DNA of 64,000 nucleotides, from assembly GCA_002269645.1 (NCBI GenBank), contig NIVC01002996.1, forward strand, positions 1 through 64,000, written 5' to 3'. A program made the translations under genes and the position numbers. This document shows, in pieces, positions 47,207-61,257 of the stretch. Numbering within the stretch: position 1 is the stretch's first letter; every line of letters starts with the position of its first letter. The notes beneath the pieces were generated by a model. The model saw only the letters and a list, made by a program, of their open reading frames with translations, had not been told where the DNA came from and did no database searches. The stretch comes from Macrostomum lignano. Lineage: Eukaryota.

Positions 47207-48460
47207 ATGGAGTGTTTCCACAATAGCCTTATGATTCGGTTTTGGACCTTTCTTTTGTGGGTGTTTTAAATAAATTATGTTGGTCATACGATAATCGTAC
47301 CTATTTTGTATTTCTTTGTTTGCTTTTTCATTTTTATTGCTGGAATTCGGCCACCTTTACCAGCATGCGAGTTTCTGCAAACTGCGATATCGAGAAAATC
47401 TGATATGCGTTGCCTGAAATTTGATTGTACATGTAGAAGTACAGAAAATTAAACCACTTTTGATTGGTGTGATCGACCAATGAATATATAATTATGTTTT
47501 GTGCCATTTGTGCCATATGCAATAATTTATAAATTTATTCCATAAGTGACAAGTAAAATGCGAACGAAAATTAACAGCAAAACAGCGAAAATTTTGTGTC
47601 CTCAAATTAGAATTTAGAATGAGCGAGTCAAACTAACAGACCAGTTAGTTCTAATTCGGTAAAGTACATGTTGTTCACGTTTTTATCATTGCTTGGAAAT
47701 ATTACGATTTAACGTTATAGATATTAAGTTTCTTTAGTGTGCTGGTGAACGCATCTCTGTCCTCCCGTTTGAATCAGATTTCCAGCTTTTGAGTTCTGGA
47801 TCCCAAATTTATCTCTGTTATCTCAAAGCCTAGGTTTGGAACTCGGAAGGGCGACTAGTGCCCTAGCTTTAAATTTGATTTAGGAAACTCTTACACACAC
47901 CTGGTCGTAAATCAATGTTATTAAGGTAACAATCATACTTTAATAGCATAATTTGATAGTTATACATCGCCTTATTGGCAATTCCTGTCTGAAAGCCAGA
48001 TATGTTGGAGTGTTGAGTCGTCGGGGCAGATGAGCGTGGTCAGGGGCAGGCAGAGAGACTGAAAAGTAGAGCACACGTATATTTATATAGGAACGGCATG
48101 CTGCGAGAGAGAGGACGAAAACTTCTCTTTACCATGGTATCGTTCCCGGGCAGGGGTTTCAGTGTGCATGGCTTGGGGGGTGGGGGTAAAATTCTAACCC
48201 CAACCCTGCCTTCTACAAACGTACATTAAAAGCGCTCTAGCCGTCTGCCGTCTGTGGCCTTGCCCAAGTGTCCTATGTACATCTATTTGATTTCATTCTC
48301 TTACCAGTGTGTGGGCCGCCCTTCCCTCCCCCACTAGGCTTAGAAAAGATTCCACGGCAGTTAAACATGACGTGTCAGTAGAGACCTTTTATTTTCTCAA
48401 TTCAATAACATTGGCCTAACTGGCATAACTGCCTATTCTACTCGTGTATTTGAATTAAAA

Positions 48461-49123
48461 ATGAACTTCAGTCTATTGATACTTTTGTCCCTATTGGGCG
48501 CGGCCACTGCGTTCGACAAATATCCGAAAGAATTTGTTTTCGAGCTACCAGATAATGAGGAATTTTGCTTCTACGAGGAATTCGCGCAGGACGCCGCAAA
48601 AGAAGCGTTTAACACAGTGTTCCGCGTGATTCGCGGCGGTAACAATGACGTGGACTTTGCAATCACTGCTCCGGACAACCAGAAAGTTTACGAGAAGCAG
48701 AAGCAACACTTTGATGAGCACGAGCACACTTTCCGTCCTGGCACTTATTCCTTCTGCTTTGGCAACAAGTTTTCAACCATCACGCACAAGCAGATCTACT
48801 TCGCCCTGAACCGCAAACGGCCGGAAAGTCTGGCTGAAGAGGCCGGAGCAACCAACGTACCGACAGCAATGTCTCTGCTGCAGACCAAGATGGAGGCCAT
48901 CCACGAATATCTGGTCACTGTGGAGACGGTGCAGTCAATCTACAAGGTGCGCGAAGCCGAGGGACGCGAGATTAGCGAGGATCTGAACGAGCGCGTCATG
49001 GTATTCAGCGCCATTCTGGCCATGGCTGTGGTGGTTTGCGGCTTCGGACAGGTTGTGGTGCTCAGGACTTTCTTCTCAGACAAAAAATCCGTCTCTTATC
49101 CTCGCTATCCTACCAAGGCCTGA
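48461..49123 (+). CDS. TMED7: p24/GOLD cargo receptor, TMED3/TMED7-like (p24 gamma), intronless
   Basis: Signal peptide; FELPDNEEFCFYEE; GGNNDVD; YSFCFGNKFSTITHK; TM helix and GQVVVLRTFFSDKK tail. Orthology to TMED3 versus TMED7 is not resolved. Confidence 0.9.
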   Translation: MNFSLLILLSLLGAATAFDKYPKEFVFELPDNEEFCFYEEFAQDAAKEAFNTVFRVIRGGNNDVDFAITAPDNQKVYEKQKQHFDEHEHTFRPGTYSFCFGNKFSTITHKQIYFALNRKRPESLAEEAGATNVPTAMSLLQTKMEAIHEYLVTVETVQSIYKVREAEGREISEDLNERVMVFSAILAMAVVVCGFGQVVVLRTFFSDKKSVSYPRYPTKA

Positions 49124-49364
49124 ATTGAAGGCGGCGGTTTTTCTAATCCCCTTTGATCCTTTATGACTCTTAGGTGATTCCATAATCCGTTCATATTCCT
49201 CCTTCAGCTGACAGTGAAACCTACTTGCCAACAAACCCCTTAAATATGGAGTTCTATCACCCGAATTCAGTTACTAGCTTCCACTGGTTCCAATCCAATT
49301 CCACTCATGATTTATGAACCCCAGGCTCAAACCTTGCAGCCCTCGTTTATAATTCACCATCTCA

Positions 49365-49880
49365 GCTCCATCTCACCTTATCTCAGCTTCATCTCACCCT
49401 ATCCCATCTCCATCTCACCTTATCCCAGCTGAGCTCCATCTCACCCTATCCCAGCTTCATCTCACCCTATCCCAGCTCCATCTCACCCTATCCCAACTCC
49501 ATCTAACCCTATCCCAACTCCATCTAACCCTATCCCAGCTCTATCTCACCCTATCCCAACTCCATCTCACCCTATCCCAGCTTCATCTCGCCCTATCCCA
49601 GCCTCCATCTCACCTTATCCCAGCTGAGCTCCATCTCACCCTATCCCAGCTCCATCTCACCTTATCCCAGCCTCTATCTCACCCTATCCCAGCTCCATCT
49701 CACCTTATCCCAGCCTCTATCTCACCCTATCCCATCTCCATCTCACCTTATCCCAGCTGAGCTCCATCTCACCCTATCCCAGCTTCATCTCACCCTATCC
49801 CAGCCTCTCTCACCCTATCCCAGCTCTATCTCACCCTATCCCAGCTCTATCTCACCTTATCGCAGCTCCATCTCACCCTT
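49365..49880. repeat. ~21-bp C-rich repeat (cccagctccatctcaccctat)
   Basis: Tandem copies. Confidence 0.92.
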
Positions 49881-50659
49881 TCCAAGTGTTCCAAAATTCA
49901 AAATCACATCAGTCTGTTCCTATTATGTGCATTCCTACAGACAGTCGGTCATGCAAGCAGGTAGTTAGAGCTCTGCTTAGTGTTTTTTTTGTTTCCCAAC
50001 ATGTAGCGTTTCTGTTTTACTACAGAATCTGTTTGACTTTTTGACCTGTGGTATTTCTCATTTTTTGTTCTCTGTAACAGTAGGCCCAGCCTTTAAAGTT
50101 TTGAATGAAAAAATCAATCAAAAGATGTAGACTATAGCGTCAGTGTGTGAACTCTTCCTAGAGGTCAGAAAATTCCTCTATTGCTGATGTTCTCTCATAA
50201 CTGCTCGGTTTCCTAATTTCTAGGCAATTTTCTCACACAATTTTCCCCAATTGCCCCTTTGACCTTTGGTGTTTTTTATTCCTTCTGTTTTTAATTATTG
50301 ACAGCGTTTTGCCATTCACTCACTATTAGTAGTAATTGTAGCTTATTTTAACTGGAGTGAAGCAGGAGCTGAGCTACAGACTGGCTGATTTTCCTGTCCT
50401 AAAAATTCTTTAATGCGTTTAAAAGTTTGTGTTTTCAGACCCCCGATATACTAATAGAAGATTTTGCTTTTGTTGCTTCAATTTCAATTCCTGGGGTTCC
50501 TGCGAATGTTTTGCTGCTGGGGTTTCTTCTGCGGTTTCTGGCGTGCAAAGTTTTGTTCGCCTTGCTGAAATAAATATATTGGTTTGAAAACCATTGCCCT
50601 TGTTCACTTGCAGGATGGATTTGAGTGGTCAAAATATGGCTTAGTATCGTATGGACTGA

Positions 50660-51230
50660 CTGGTGCCTGGCACCCCTGTCTAACAGGTGGGCAGCGATCC
50701 CATAACAGGTGACTGGCACCCCTGTCTAACAGTTGTGTAGCGATGCCATAACAGGTGACTGGCACCCCTGTCTAACAGGTGGGCAGCGATGCCATAACAG
50801 GTGACTGGCACTCCTGTCTAACAGTTGTGTAGCGATGCCATAACAGGTGACTGGCACCCCTGTCTAACAGTTGTGTAGCGATGCCATAACAGGTGACTGG
50901 AACCCCTGTCTAACAGTTGGGCAGCGATGCCATAACAGGTGACTGGCACCTCTGTCTAACAGTTGTGTAGCGATGACATAACAGGTGACTGGCACCTCTG
51001 TCTAACAGTTGTGTAGCGATGCCATAACAGGTGACTGGCACCTCTGTCTAACAGGTGGGCAGCGATGCCATAACAGGTGACTGGCATTCCTGCTAACAGC
51101 GATCCCATAATAGGTGACTGGCGCCGTCCCCTGTCTAACGGGTGGGCCGCGATCCCATAACAGGTGACTGGCCCGCCCCTGTCTAACGGGTGGGCCGCGA
51201 TCCCATAATAGGTGACCCGGCACCCCTGTC
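50660..51230. repeat. 46-bp repeat (ggcacccctgtctaacagttgtgtagcgatgccataacaggtgact)
   Basis: Period of 46 (50669, 50715, 50761...); no unique spacers. Confidence 0.93.
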
Positions 51231-52417
51231 AATGACTGCATGGCACCCCTGTCTGCATGACAGGCGGGCAGTGTCAGAAATGAAAATACTTAAATTACAG
51301 TTCCCTACCTGCAACCGTTGTTCCCGAAGGTTACATGCATATGTGAGGTGATGGGGAACTGAGGGAGGAATTGTATATCGCAAAGTAATTCCTTGTCAGA
51401 CCAATTTCGATGCCAAAATATTGAATATAACCGGTGATTGTGCGACAAATACTCGAATAAACTGGTCTTTGTTACAGCCATACATGGTACTTGTACACAG
51501 GACAGTACAGTATATCAAGGCTTCTTTTCAATGCCATAAACCGATTTGCTTCATCAATGCGTGACAATACTACATGTAACTACATGGCAAATATTGCCTT
51601 GTGTAATATGCAATCAATATACCAGCAAAATACTAGCTAATGTATATCAAATCACCTGCATGCAAACTAGCTGTGGGGATTTTGGGTATGGAGCTGATTT
51701 ATTGCTATAATATAATGATTGGTCACCTGGGTGTAATTAGTCTCTTACCATACACGTGCATCCCAAAGCACCACATGTGTATAGCGAGGTGGCGAATATG
51801 TAGTTTAATTCATTTTTGAAAATCATAGAAAAATTGGAACGTTTCAAAATGCATTAGAAATATTGAAACAAATGATTAATGACGCCATGCATGCGTTGGG
51901 GGTAAACTTTCGAATACACTGTTTTGGCGGATCCGGGGGTCCCTGGAATGATAGTGAATCCCAGTGGAATTCACTATCTAGTTCCAGGATTTTTTCCTGG
52001 GGAGGTCAACCGACCCTTTTGACCTCCCAACGGATCCTCCAGTGGTGAATTTGACCCCTGTACATGTACCTTATAGAGAATATCACTGCACGTAGCCTTA
52101 GATAAAGTTATGAAAGGATAGGCATTAAATGCATAAAAAAAAAAATAATAATTAAATACACCGGCCCCAATGAGCAGATGTGCAACCGCGACAGCTCAGC
52201 CGCAGCTATTGCGCGGCGCATCTGAAGGCTGCGTACGGCTGTTCAGTCCAAGGACTGGGGGGTCGCCACACACCCTCAAGTAGCAAATGCTGCATGGTAA
52301 CTCTGCACTTTATACAGCTGGGTGAAAACCATGAAGCAATGTAGAGTTAAGTGTCCACAAATTGTTCCGAGTGGGTCCATCGAATCGAACCCCCGACCTT
52401 TCAATCGTGATTCCGAC

Positions 52418-55199
52418 CATAAGCGTAGGAACGTTTCAAAAAGGGGGGGGGCAGGTTCAGTGACAGATTGAGGGGGGGGGAACAGGGTGCACGCCCCATC
52501 GAGTTCTATTTTTTATATGGAAAATGCACATTATAATGTACCGATTATTTTCAGAATCAGTCAGCAGTCAGAAACTCATTTTATAAAGCACCGCAGGCAC
52601 TCATTTTAGCGCCGTATAGGCCCGCATTTTGGCGCCGCAGGCACTCATTTTGGCGCCGCAGGCACTCATTTTGGCGCCGCAAGCACTCATTTTAGCGCCG
52701 CAGGCACTCATTTTAGCGCCGCAAGCACTCATTTTAGCACCGCAGGCACTTATTTTGGCGCCGCAGGCACTCATTTTGGCGCCGCAGGCACTCATTTTGG
52801 CGCCGCAGGCACTCATTTTAGCGCCGCAGGCACTCATTTTGGCGCCGCAAGCACTCATTTTAGCGCCGCAGGCACTCATTTTAGCGCCGCAAGCACTCAT
52901 TTTAGCACCGCAGGCACTTATTTTGGCGCCGCAGGCACTCATTTTGGCGCCGCAGGCTCTCATTTTAGCGCCGCAGGAACTCATTTTAGCGCCGCAGGCA
53001 CTCATTTTGGCGCCGCAAGCACTCATTTTAGCGCCGCAGGCACTCATTTTAGCACCGCAGGCACTCATTTTGGGGCTGCAGGCACTCATTTTAGCGCCGC
53101 AGGCACTCATTTTGGCGCCGCAGGCACTCATTTTAGCGCCGCAGGCACTCATTTTAGCACCGCAGGCACTCATTTTGGGGCTGCAGGCACTCATTTTGGC
53201 GCCGCAGGCACTCATTTTGGCGCCGCAGACACTGCACTCATTTTAGCGCCGCAGGCACTCATTTTGGCGCCGCAGGCACTGCACTCATTTTAGCGCCGCA
53301 GGCACTCATTTTGGCGCCGCAAGCACTCATTTTAGCACCGCAGGCACTCATTTTGGGGCTGCAGGCACTCATTTTAGCACCGCAGGCACTCATTTTGGGG
53401 CTGCAGGCACTCATTTTGGGGCTGCAGGCACTCATTTTGGCGCCGCAGGCACTCATTTTGGTGCCACAGGCACTCATTTTAGCACCGCAGGCACTCATTT
53501 TGGGGCTGCAGGCACTCATTTTGGCGCCGCTGGCACTCATTTTGGCGCCGCAGGCACTCATTTTGGTGCCACAGGCACTCATTTTGGCGCCGCAGGCACT
53601 CATTTTAGCGCCGCAGGCACTCATTTTGGCGCCGCAGGCCCTTGTTTTAGCGCCGCAGGCACTCATTTTGGGGCTGCAGGCACTCATTTTGGCGCCGCAG
53701 GCACTCATTTTGGTGCCACAGGCACTCATTTTAGCACCGCAGGCACTCATTTTGGCGCCGCAGGCACTCATTTTGGCGCCGCAGGCACTCATTTTAGCGC
53801 CGCAGGAACTCATTTTGGCGCCGCAGGCACTGCACTCATTTTAGCGCCGCAGGCACTCATTTTGGCGCCGCAGGCACTGCACTCATTTTAGCGCCGCAGG
53901 CCCTTATTTTAGCGCCGCAGGCACTCATTTTGGCGCCGCAGGCACTCATTTTGGCGCCGCAGGCACTCATTTTGGCGCCGCAGGAACTCATTTTAGCGCC
54001 GCAGGCACTCATTTTGGCGCCGCAAGCACTCATTTTAGCGCCGCAGGCACTCATTTTAGCACCGCAGGCACTCATTTTGGGGCTGCAGGCACTCATTTTA
54101 GCGCCGCAGGCACTCATTTTGGCGCCGCAGGCACTCATTTTAGCGCCGCAGGCATTCATTTTGGAGCCGCAGGCACTCATTTTAGCACCGCAGGCACTCA
54201 TTTTGGGGCTGCAGGCACTCATTTTGGCGCCGCAGGAACTCATTTTGGCGCCGCAGGCACTGCACTCATTTTAGCGCCGCAGGCACTCATTTTGGCGCCG
54301 CAGGCACTGCACTCATTTTAGCGCCGCAGGCACTCATTTTGGCGCCGCAAGCACTCATTTTAGCACCGCAGGCACTCATTTTGGGGCTGCAGGCACTCAT
54401 TTTAGCACCGCAGGCACTCATTTTGGGGCTGCAGGCACTCATTTTGGGGCTGCAGGCACTCATTTTGGCGCCGCAGGCACTCATTTTGGTGCCACAGGCA
54501 CTCATTTTAGCACCGCAGGCACTCATTTTGGGGCTGCAGGCACTCATTTTGGCGCCGCTGGCACTCATTTTGGCGCCGCAGGCACTCATTTTGGTGCCAC
54601 AGGCACTCATTTTGGCGCCGCAGGCACTCATTTTAGCGCCGCAGGCACTCATTTTGGCGCCGCAGGCCCTTGTTTTAGCGCCGCAGGCACTCATTTTGGG
54701 GCTGCAGGCACTCATTTTGGCGCCACAGGCACTCATTTTGGTGCCACAGGCACTCATTTTAGCACCGCAGGCACTCATTTTGGCGCCGCAGGCACTCATT
54801 TTGGCGCCGCAGGCACTCATTTTAGCGCCGCAGGAACTCATTTTGGCGCCGCAGGCACTGCACTCATTTTAGCGCCGCAGGCACTCATTTTGGCGCCGCA
54901 GGCAGTGCACTCATTTTAGCGCCGCAGGCCCTTATTTTAGCGCCGCAGGCACTCATTTTGGCGCCGCGGGCCCTTATTTTAGCGCCGCAGGCGATCATTT
55001 TGGCGTTGAAGGCGCTTTGTTTTGTCGCCCTGCAGCAAAATGTATTCATGCAAAGCAGAAAAAACCAAAAATAAGCAAGAAGTCTACATTTTACATTTAA
55101 AATGTGGAGGGGCCAGATACCATTACTGGCCCCCCCCCCATTTTATAAAGTGGGGGGGGGGGGCATGCCCCACTGCCCGCCCCCGTTGCTACGCCTATG
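52418..55199. mobile_element. Non-autonomous hAT-like element carrying a 2.4-kb minisatellite
   Basis: TIR CATA[A/G]GCGTAG at both ends. 8-bp TSD ATTCCGAC at 52410-52417 and 55200-55207. G/C-run subterminal motifs. Confidence 0.85.
52590..55010. repeat. 21-bp minisatellite (gcgccgcaggcactcattt[t/a]g) with a 1028-bp higher-order duplication
   Basis: Tandem copies; the ORF track shows identical variant patterns at 53259/54287 and 53311/54339. Confidence 0.96.
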
Positions 55200-57004
55200 A
55201 TTCCGACGCTCTAGCCACTGGGCTACAACCGGAATGCATTCATATTGCTAATAGCTCGGATATTTGAAGTTTAAAAATACAACTTCAACTTTAAATATTT
55301 GAGAATAAATTTTATCTTCGAACCCTTTGTATACAGAGACCGGCACTTCGGCATGCACATGTAAAACCAACTTATTGCATAATGCAGTGAAGTGCCACGC
55401 GCTCCAACTCAAAGTCAAAAGCATAGTAAGCATTAAGCAACAGACTACCGCCCGGTCCATCGATGGGATGGGACGGGATGGTTCAGAAGTCGGGAGGATA
55501 TTATCACCTATCCTCCTCAATTCCTAATCCTCATCCTCATATTCCACGTCAATAACAATAACATTTAGGGTTCAAGCTTCACATGGAACAGATGGAATTT
55601 TATTGTTGAATAAAATCAACAAGTTGACACACAACTGAGGCGCGATCCAGATTCTCGTATGGCTTTGTGTTTTGAACATTGAATGATGGTGTAGTTATTA
55701 GTAATCTTATCAATAATCCTATACTAAAAGTAAAAATCTTGCTTGCTTGTAAAATATTCTTAATTTCTAGTCAAATTATAGAATAGAATGTTTTTCATGA
55801 TTCAAGAGAAGGTACAGACAGGTGGGCGGTTGGTAAATGCGATTCTGTGACTGTGAGTGAATCAATGAGTGTCCCTAGTCCCTGCTTACACTCACATTCA
55901 CACAACACCTGTATGTCAGATTTGACAACTTGATGGTTCTTGACTGTAACTGTAACAGACTTCATTTATCATTATAGCCTACAACTACAATCCAGTCTGC
56001 TGCACCGTTATAAAACACTGCCCTGTTACTCGTAGTCATGAATCTAGTTTAACTTGATTATCTATAAACAAAGCTGAGGAACCAATAAGAATTAATTCAA
56101 ATTAAATTGTTTCAAACAAATGAATTAAATACAAATACACTAACTTACATATAATGCAATAACATAGTATAATATTACATGTACAAAGGCGTGAACAAGT
56201 TATTTTGGTTGGATTTTATACGTACACTTTCTACTGTCTTTGTCTCAGGGCTTATCTATGGGCACTGAGAGTCATAAAATCACTTTAAACCTCTTGGGGT
56301 AAATGAAATAGATTAGGCCCTCCTTTCCCTTTCGTCTTTGACTAGGTGGAGCTCCCTTCCAATCCTCGCCTGCCGATTGGTTGAGGGTGTCATTAAATCT
56401 CGGGCTTTGACCAGCCAATTAAAGAGGGGCGCCGGCCAAAGGAAAGCTGAAGGGGGAACCAGTCAGTCTAATTGAATAAAAGCCTTGCCAGTGCCCAGCA
56501 CAGATTTCAATACCAAACCAATAAAAACAAAATCAGGCTACTATAATTAACCATACACTCGTGCAAGTATATTGTAAACAGCTTGTTAAAAAGCGATCGA
56601 TTTTGAATTAAGACTCAACGCGTTCTATCTCACTAATGTAAGTATTTATTTATCTTTTCTATCTGGTATTCTTTACAACTTTTCAGTTTTCATATGTTTT
56701 TAGGTGCTCTCTTAATTTAGATTTAGAACTTCCTGTAAATTACTACGAGGAATTATTGAATTAATGCCAATGGGTTTAATGGCTAGGGCCTATAATATTA
56801 CTTACAAGCTACTATACTCAATGCGGTATAAATATAAAACGATTAGAGATTGGAAACTCTGTTTAACCTCTGTTCTCTTCAGCATCAGGCAATCTCCGGG
56901 GCGTCGACAGTTAGGACTTCTACATTAATGGAATCGGAGTGTACCCTCTCGCGGGGGCATTATACTTATACATGCATGTAATGAGTGCTTATCCCCCCTT
57001 CCCA

Positions 57005-57375
57005 TTCTACACAGTGGAGTGCTACCCTCCCCGGCCATTCTACACAATGGAGTGCTACCCTCCCCGGCCATTCTACATGGAGTGCTACCCTCCCCGGCCA
57101 TTCTACACAGTGGAGTGCTACCCTCCCCGGCCATTCTACACAATGGAGTGCTACCCTCCCCGGCCATTCTACACAATGGAGTGCTACCCTCCCCGGCCAT
57201 TCTACACAATGGAGTGATACCCTCCCCGGCCATTCTACACAATGGAGTGCTACCCTCCCCGGCCATTCTACACAATGGAGTGCTACCCTCCCCGGCCATT
57301 CTACACAATGGAGTGCTACCCTCCCCGGTCATTCTACACAATGGAGTGCTACCCTCCCCGGTCATTCTACATTCT
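57005..57375. repeat. 33-bp repeat (ctacacaatggagtgctaccctccccggccatt) upstream of the zinc-finger exon
   Basis: Tandem copies ending ~60 nt before the acceptor cccagcag. Confidence 0.94.
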
Positions 57376-57446
57376 ACCCCAAGCATCCAACATTGTCACA
57401 TGTACATCACAATACCGTATTTTCCCAATTCCCAGCAGCGGCCATC

Positions 57447-57835
57447 ATGCAGCAGCAACTCCTGCAGCAGATCAACGGCAGTGCAGGAGTAGCAAAGCGG
57501 CTGCACACCGACTCTGAAGACCAATCCGACACCGACTTGTCTGATAGTGAAGGCCGACTCGTCATCGACATGTCCAACTCCGCCTGCTCGACCAGCATTA
57601 ATGTCACCGACTGCACTGAAAACGACATCCCAACGCCGCCGCCAGCGCCGCCTCCGTCGATTCAGCCGAAGATAAAGTCTTCTGTTGACGAAAGTTGCAC
57701 CTTCAACAGATGGTGGCTGACGACAGAGCAGCATTCATCAGCAGAATCTCAACAAGCATCTCCACTGCCGGTGCAGATGCCGCCTCGTGTCCCAAAAAAA
57801 GAAAGCAGCAGCGACTGGTGGTCCCAGTGGAACCT

Positions 57836-57878
<43 letters not shown>

Positions 57879-58433
57879 TCTTCCCGGCGTTGGGGCCCGC
57901 CCCAGACTGTCAGCGACCGGCTGTGTGCCTGCATCGGTTGCGCCGTCGGCAGTTGGCCCTGTCGGGCCTGGCAGCCACAGCAGCCGCTTCAACCGCGGCA
58001 TCAATCAGCGGGGTTTCAGCCAGTCGGATGGCAGTTCTCGCCGCCTTTAGCGCCACCACCCCAGCCGCCCGCATTGGCGTCTCAGCAGCAGCAGCAGCAG
58101 CAGGCAGCAATGGAGCCGCAGGCTAAAAGAAGTTGCGACCAGCCTCAAAGCATCGGGAACTTCGAATGCCGCTGGTGCAACGCCGATCCGTTCCGTAGCT
58201 GTCGCCAGCTGGCGCAGCACATTCAGCGCGTCCACCAGCTGGCTAGCGGAGCCTGCGGCGTCTGCGGCTCGGCCAGGGTTGGACCCGGACACTGCCGGCA
58301 GCACGCGGCCGAGTGTCTGACCGCGACCGGCCGGTCAGCCTTCCTCTGCGCCGCCTGCGAGGGCAGGATTTTCGCGTCCCGCTCCGCCTTGAAGCGGCAC
58401 ACCGAGCGGCACCACCGCAGCGGCAGGAGGTGA
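57447..58433 (+). CDS. C2H2-type zinc-finger protein with polyQ tracts (328 aa, single coding exon)
   Basis: ATG in gccatcATG context after an acceptor. Acidic SDSE region and polyQ. Fingers CRWC..HIQRVH, CGVC..HAAEC and CAAC..HTERH. Confidence 0.8.
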
Positions 58434-59211
58434 ACGGCGGGGCCTCTTCAATCATCTGAGCTCCTCAAAATGATCCGTTTTAATTTGGTGCGCAAAATGC
58501 AAGCCTTTGTACTGATAGTAGCAACCAATGTTCATGTATCGATTATTTCACCATTCAACTACGCGTAAATATCTGCAATTGTTAAAATGTATTTTTCCGG
58601 GCTTGCCGATCAAGTTAAATCATTAATTTATTTGCATTTGCGATCTTACCATTGTGCTATAAAAGCTTTTGCTTTTTTCTTCAATAAATTTTTCTCTAAT
58701 AAAAAATTAAGACTGAGTTGGCATTACAAGATTTCTTTTCTTTAAGAGATCAAGTTGAAGAAGCATCAAAACGAATATTTATTTAGTCGGAGCATCGGCA
58801 GCATTAATTAGAATATATCGACACAGAGATAAAGTGTATAAATATAATGTTGCACTTTCTAGATTTTGGACACGCGACAATATCAGTTATGATATAACTC
58901 AGCTGCTATGTAAGTAGCATAGGATGCATTTAACTAGTTAAAAACTATTTACAAAGGTAAAAGACAAACAGAAATATAAAATGACGCACAACAATATACG
59001 AGTATAAAAACTGAGTAAGCCTTTAATTTTTATGACAGTCTAACAGAACAGAACGCAGTTAAGCCAGCAAAGTTCTAGTGGCGGACAGAAAACCTGTACA
59101 AATTTTTTATCAGCGACTCAAAACGTAAGGTACAGAAAAAAACGCACTGCAATTCAGCAACTTCGCAGTTGTGTCATTGTGTGGGTCTGCTGCTCAATGC
59201 AGAAGTACTTA

Positions 59212-61118
59212 CAACACCCCCGTTTCCGCTTGCCCTGATCATTACACCCCCGTTTCCGCTTACCTGATCATTACACCCCGTTTCCGCTTACCTGATCATT
59301 ACACCCCCGTTTCCGCTTACCTGATCATTACACCCCCGTTTCCGCTTACCTGATCATTACACCCCCGTTTCCGCTTGCCCTGATCATTACACCCCCGTTT
59401 CCGCTTACCTGATCATTACACCCCCCGTTTCCGCTTACCCTGATCATTACACCCCCGTTTCCGCTTGCCCTGATCATTACACCCCCGTTTCCGCTTGCCC
59501 TGATCATTACACCCCCCGTTTCCGCTTGCCCTGATCATTACACCCCCCGTTTCCGCTTGCCCTGATCATTACACACCCCCGTTTCCGCTTGCCCTGATCA
59601 TTACACCCCCGTTTCCGCTTGCCCTGATCATTACACCCCCGTTTCCGCTTGCCCTGATCATTACACCCCCCGTTTCCGCTTGCCCTGATCATTACACCCC
59701 CGTTTCCGCTTGCCCTGATCATTACACCCTCCGTTTCCGCTTGCCCTGATCATTACACCCTCCGTTTCCGCTTGCCCTGATCATTACACACCCCCGTTTC
59801 CGCTTGCCCTGATCATTACACCCCCGTTTCCGCTTGCCCTGATCATTACACCCCCGTTTCCGCTTGCCCTGATCATTACACCCCCGTTTCCGCTTGTCCT
59901 GATCATTACACACCCCCGTTTCCGCTTGCCCTGATCATTACACCCCCGTTTCCGCTTACCTGATCATTACACCCCCGTTTCCGCTTACCTGATCATTACA
60001 CCCCCGTTTCCGCTTGCCCTGATCATTACACCCCCGTTTCCGCTTACCTGATCATTACACCCCCGTTTCCGCTTACCCTGATCATTACACCCCCGTTTCC
60101 GCTTGCCCTGATCATTACACCCCCGTTTCCGCTTGCCCTGATCATTACACCCCCGTTTCCGCTTGCCCTGATCATTACACCCCCGTTTCCGCTTGCCCTG
60201 ATCATTACACACCCCGTTTCCGCTTGCCCTGATCATTACACCCCCGTTTCCGCTTGCCCTGATCATTACACCCCCGTTTCCGCTTGCCCTGATCATTACA
60301 CCCCCCGTTTCCGCTTGCCCTGATCATTACACCCCCGTTTCCGCTTGCCCTGATCATTACACCCTCCGTTTCCGCTTGCCCTGATCATTACACCCTCCGT
60401 TTCCGCTTGCCCTGATCATTACACACCCCCGTTTCCGCTTGCCCTGATCATTACACCCCCGTTTCCGCTTGCCCTGATCATTACACCCCCGTTTCCGCTT
60501 GCCCTGATCATTACACCCCCGTTTCCGCTTGTCCTGATCATTACACACCCCGTTTCCGCTTGCCCTGATCATTACACCCCCGTTTCCGCTTACCTGATCA
60601 TTACACCCCCGTTTCCGCTTGTCCTGATCATTACACACCCCGTTTCCGCTTGCCCTGATCATTACACCCCCGTTTCCGCTTGCCCTGATCATTACACCCC
60701 CGTTTCCGCTTGCCCTGATCATTACACCCCCGTTTCCGCTTGCCCTGATCATTACACCCCCGTTTCCGCTTGTCCTGATCATTACACACCCCCGTTTCCG
60801 CTTGCCCTGATCATTACACCCCCGTTTCCGCTTACCTGATCATTACACCCCCGTTTCCGCTTGTCCTGATCATTACACACCCCCGTTTCCGCTTGCCCTG
60901 ATCATTACACCCCCGTTTCCGCTTGCCCTGATCATTACACCCCCGTTTCCGCTTGCCCTGATCATTACACCCCCGTTTCCGCTTGCCCTGATCATTACAC
61001 CCCCGTTTCCGCTTGTCCTGATCATTACACACCCCGTTTCCGCTTGCCCTGATCATTACACCCCCCGTTTCCGCTTGTCCTGATCATTACACACCCCCGT
61101 TTCCGCTTGCCCTGATCA
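59212..61118. repeat. 30-bp minisatellite (cccccgtttccgcttgccctgatcattaca), ~1.9 kb
   Basis: Tandem copies just downstream of the SSBP-like stop. Confidence 0.97.
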
Positions 61119-61257
61119 TTGCAACCTGTCTCTACAATTCTGCATCCTGTACAGCCCCACGCAGGTCATGGTGACAGTGGAGTCACAGTGATCTGCTCGG
61201 TCAGAGCGTATTTTGAAAAAGCAGATCAACAGCCAAAGCATCTCTCGGGTCTCAGGG

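Larger units (their letters stand above)
52135..55232 (-). mobile_element. tRNA-derived SINE, interrupted by a nested DNA transposon
   Basis: Reconstructed head GTAGCCCAGTGGCTAGAGC-GTCGGAAT-...GGGGGTTCGATTC (A and B boxes). Core gacacttaact...cacccagctgtataaa. T/TTA-rich tail. TSD AATGCAT at 52128-52134 and 55233-55239. Confidence 0.78.

Noticed and set aside
45896-47287. Minus-strand (TSCSAST)n mucin-like ORF
   Set aside because: It is the antisense shadow of the Arg-rich repeat; splice and polyA signals support the plus strand.
50660-51230. CRISPR-like periodic 46-bp repeat
   Set aside because: There are no unique spacers, the context is eukaryotic, and no cas genes are present.
52601-54872. 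(MSACGAK)n and (APQALIL)n ORFs
   Set aside because: They come from a 21-bp array inside a non-autonomous transposon.
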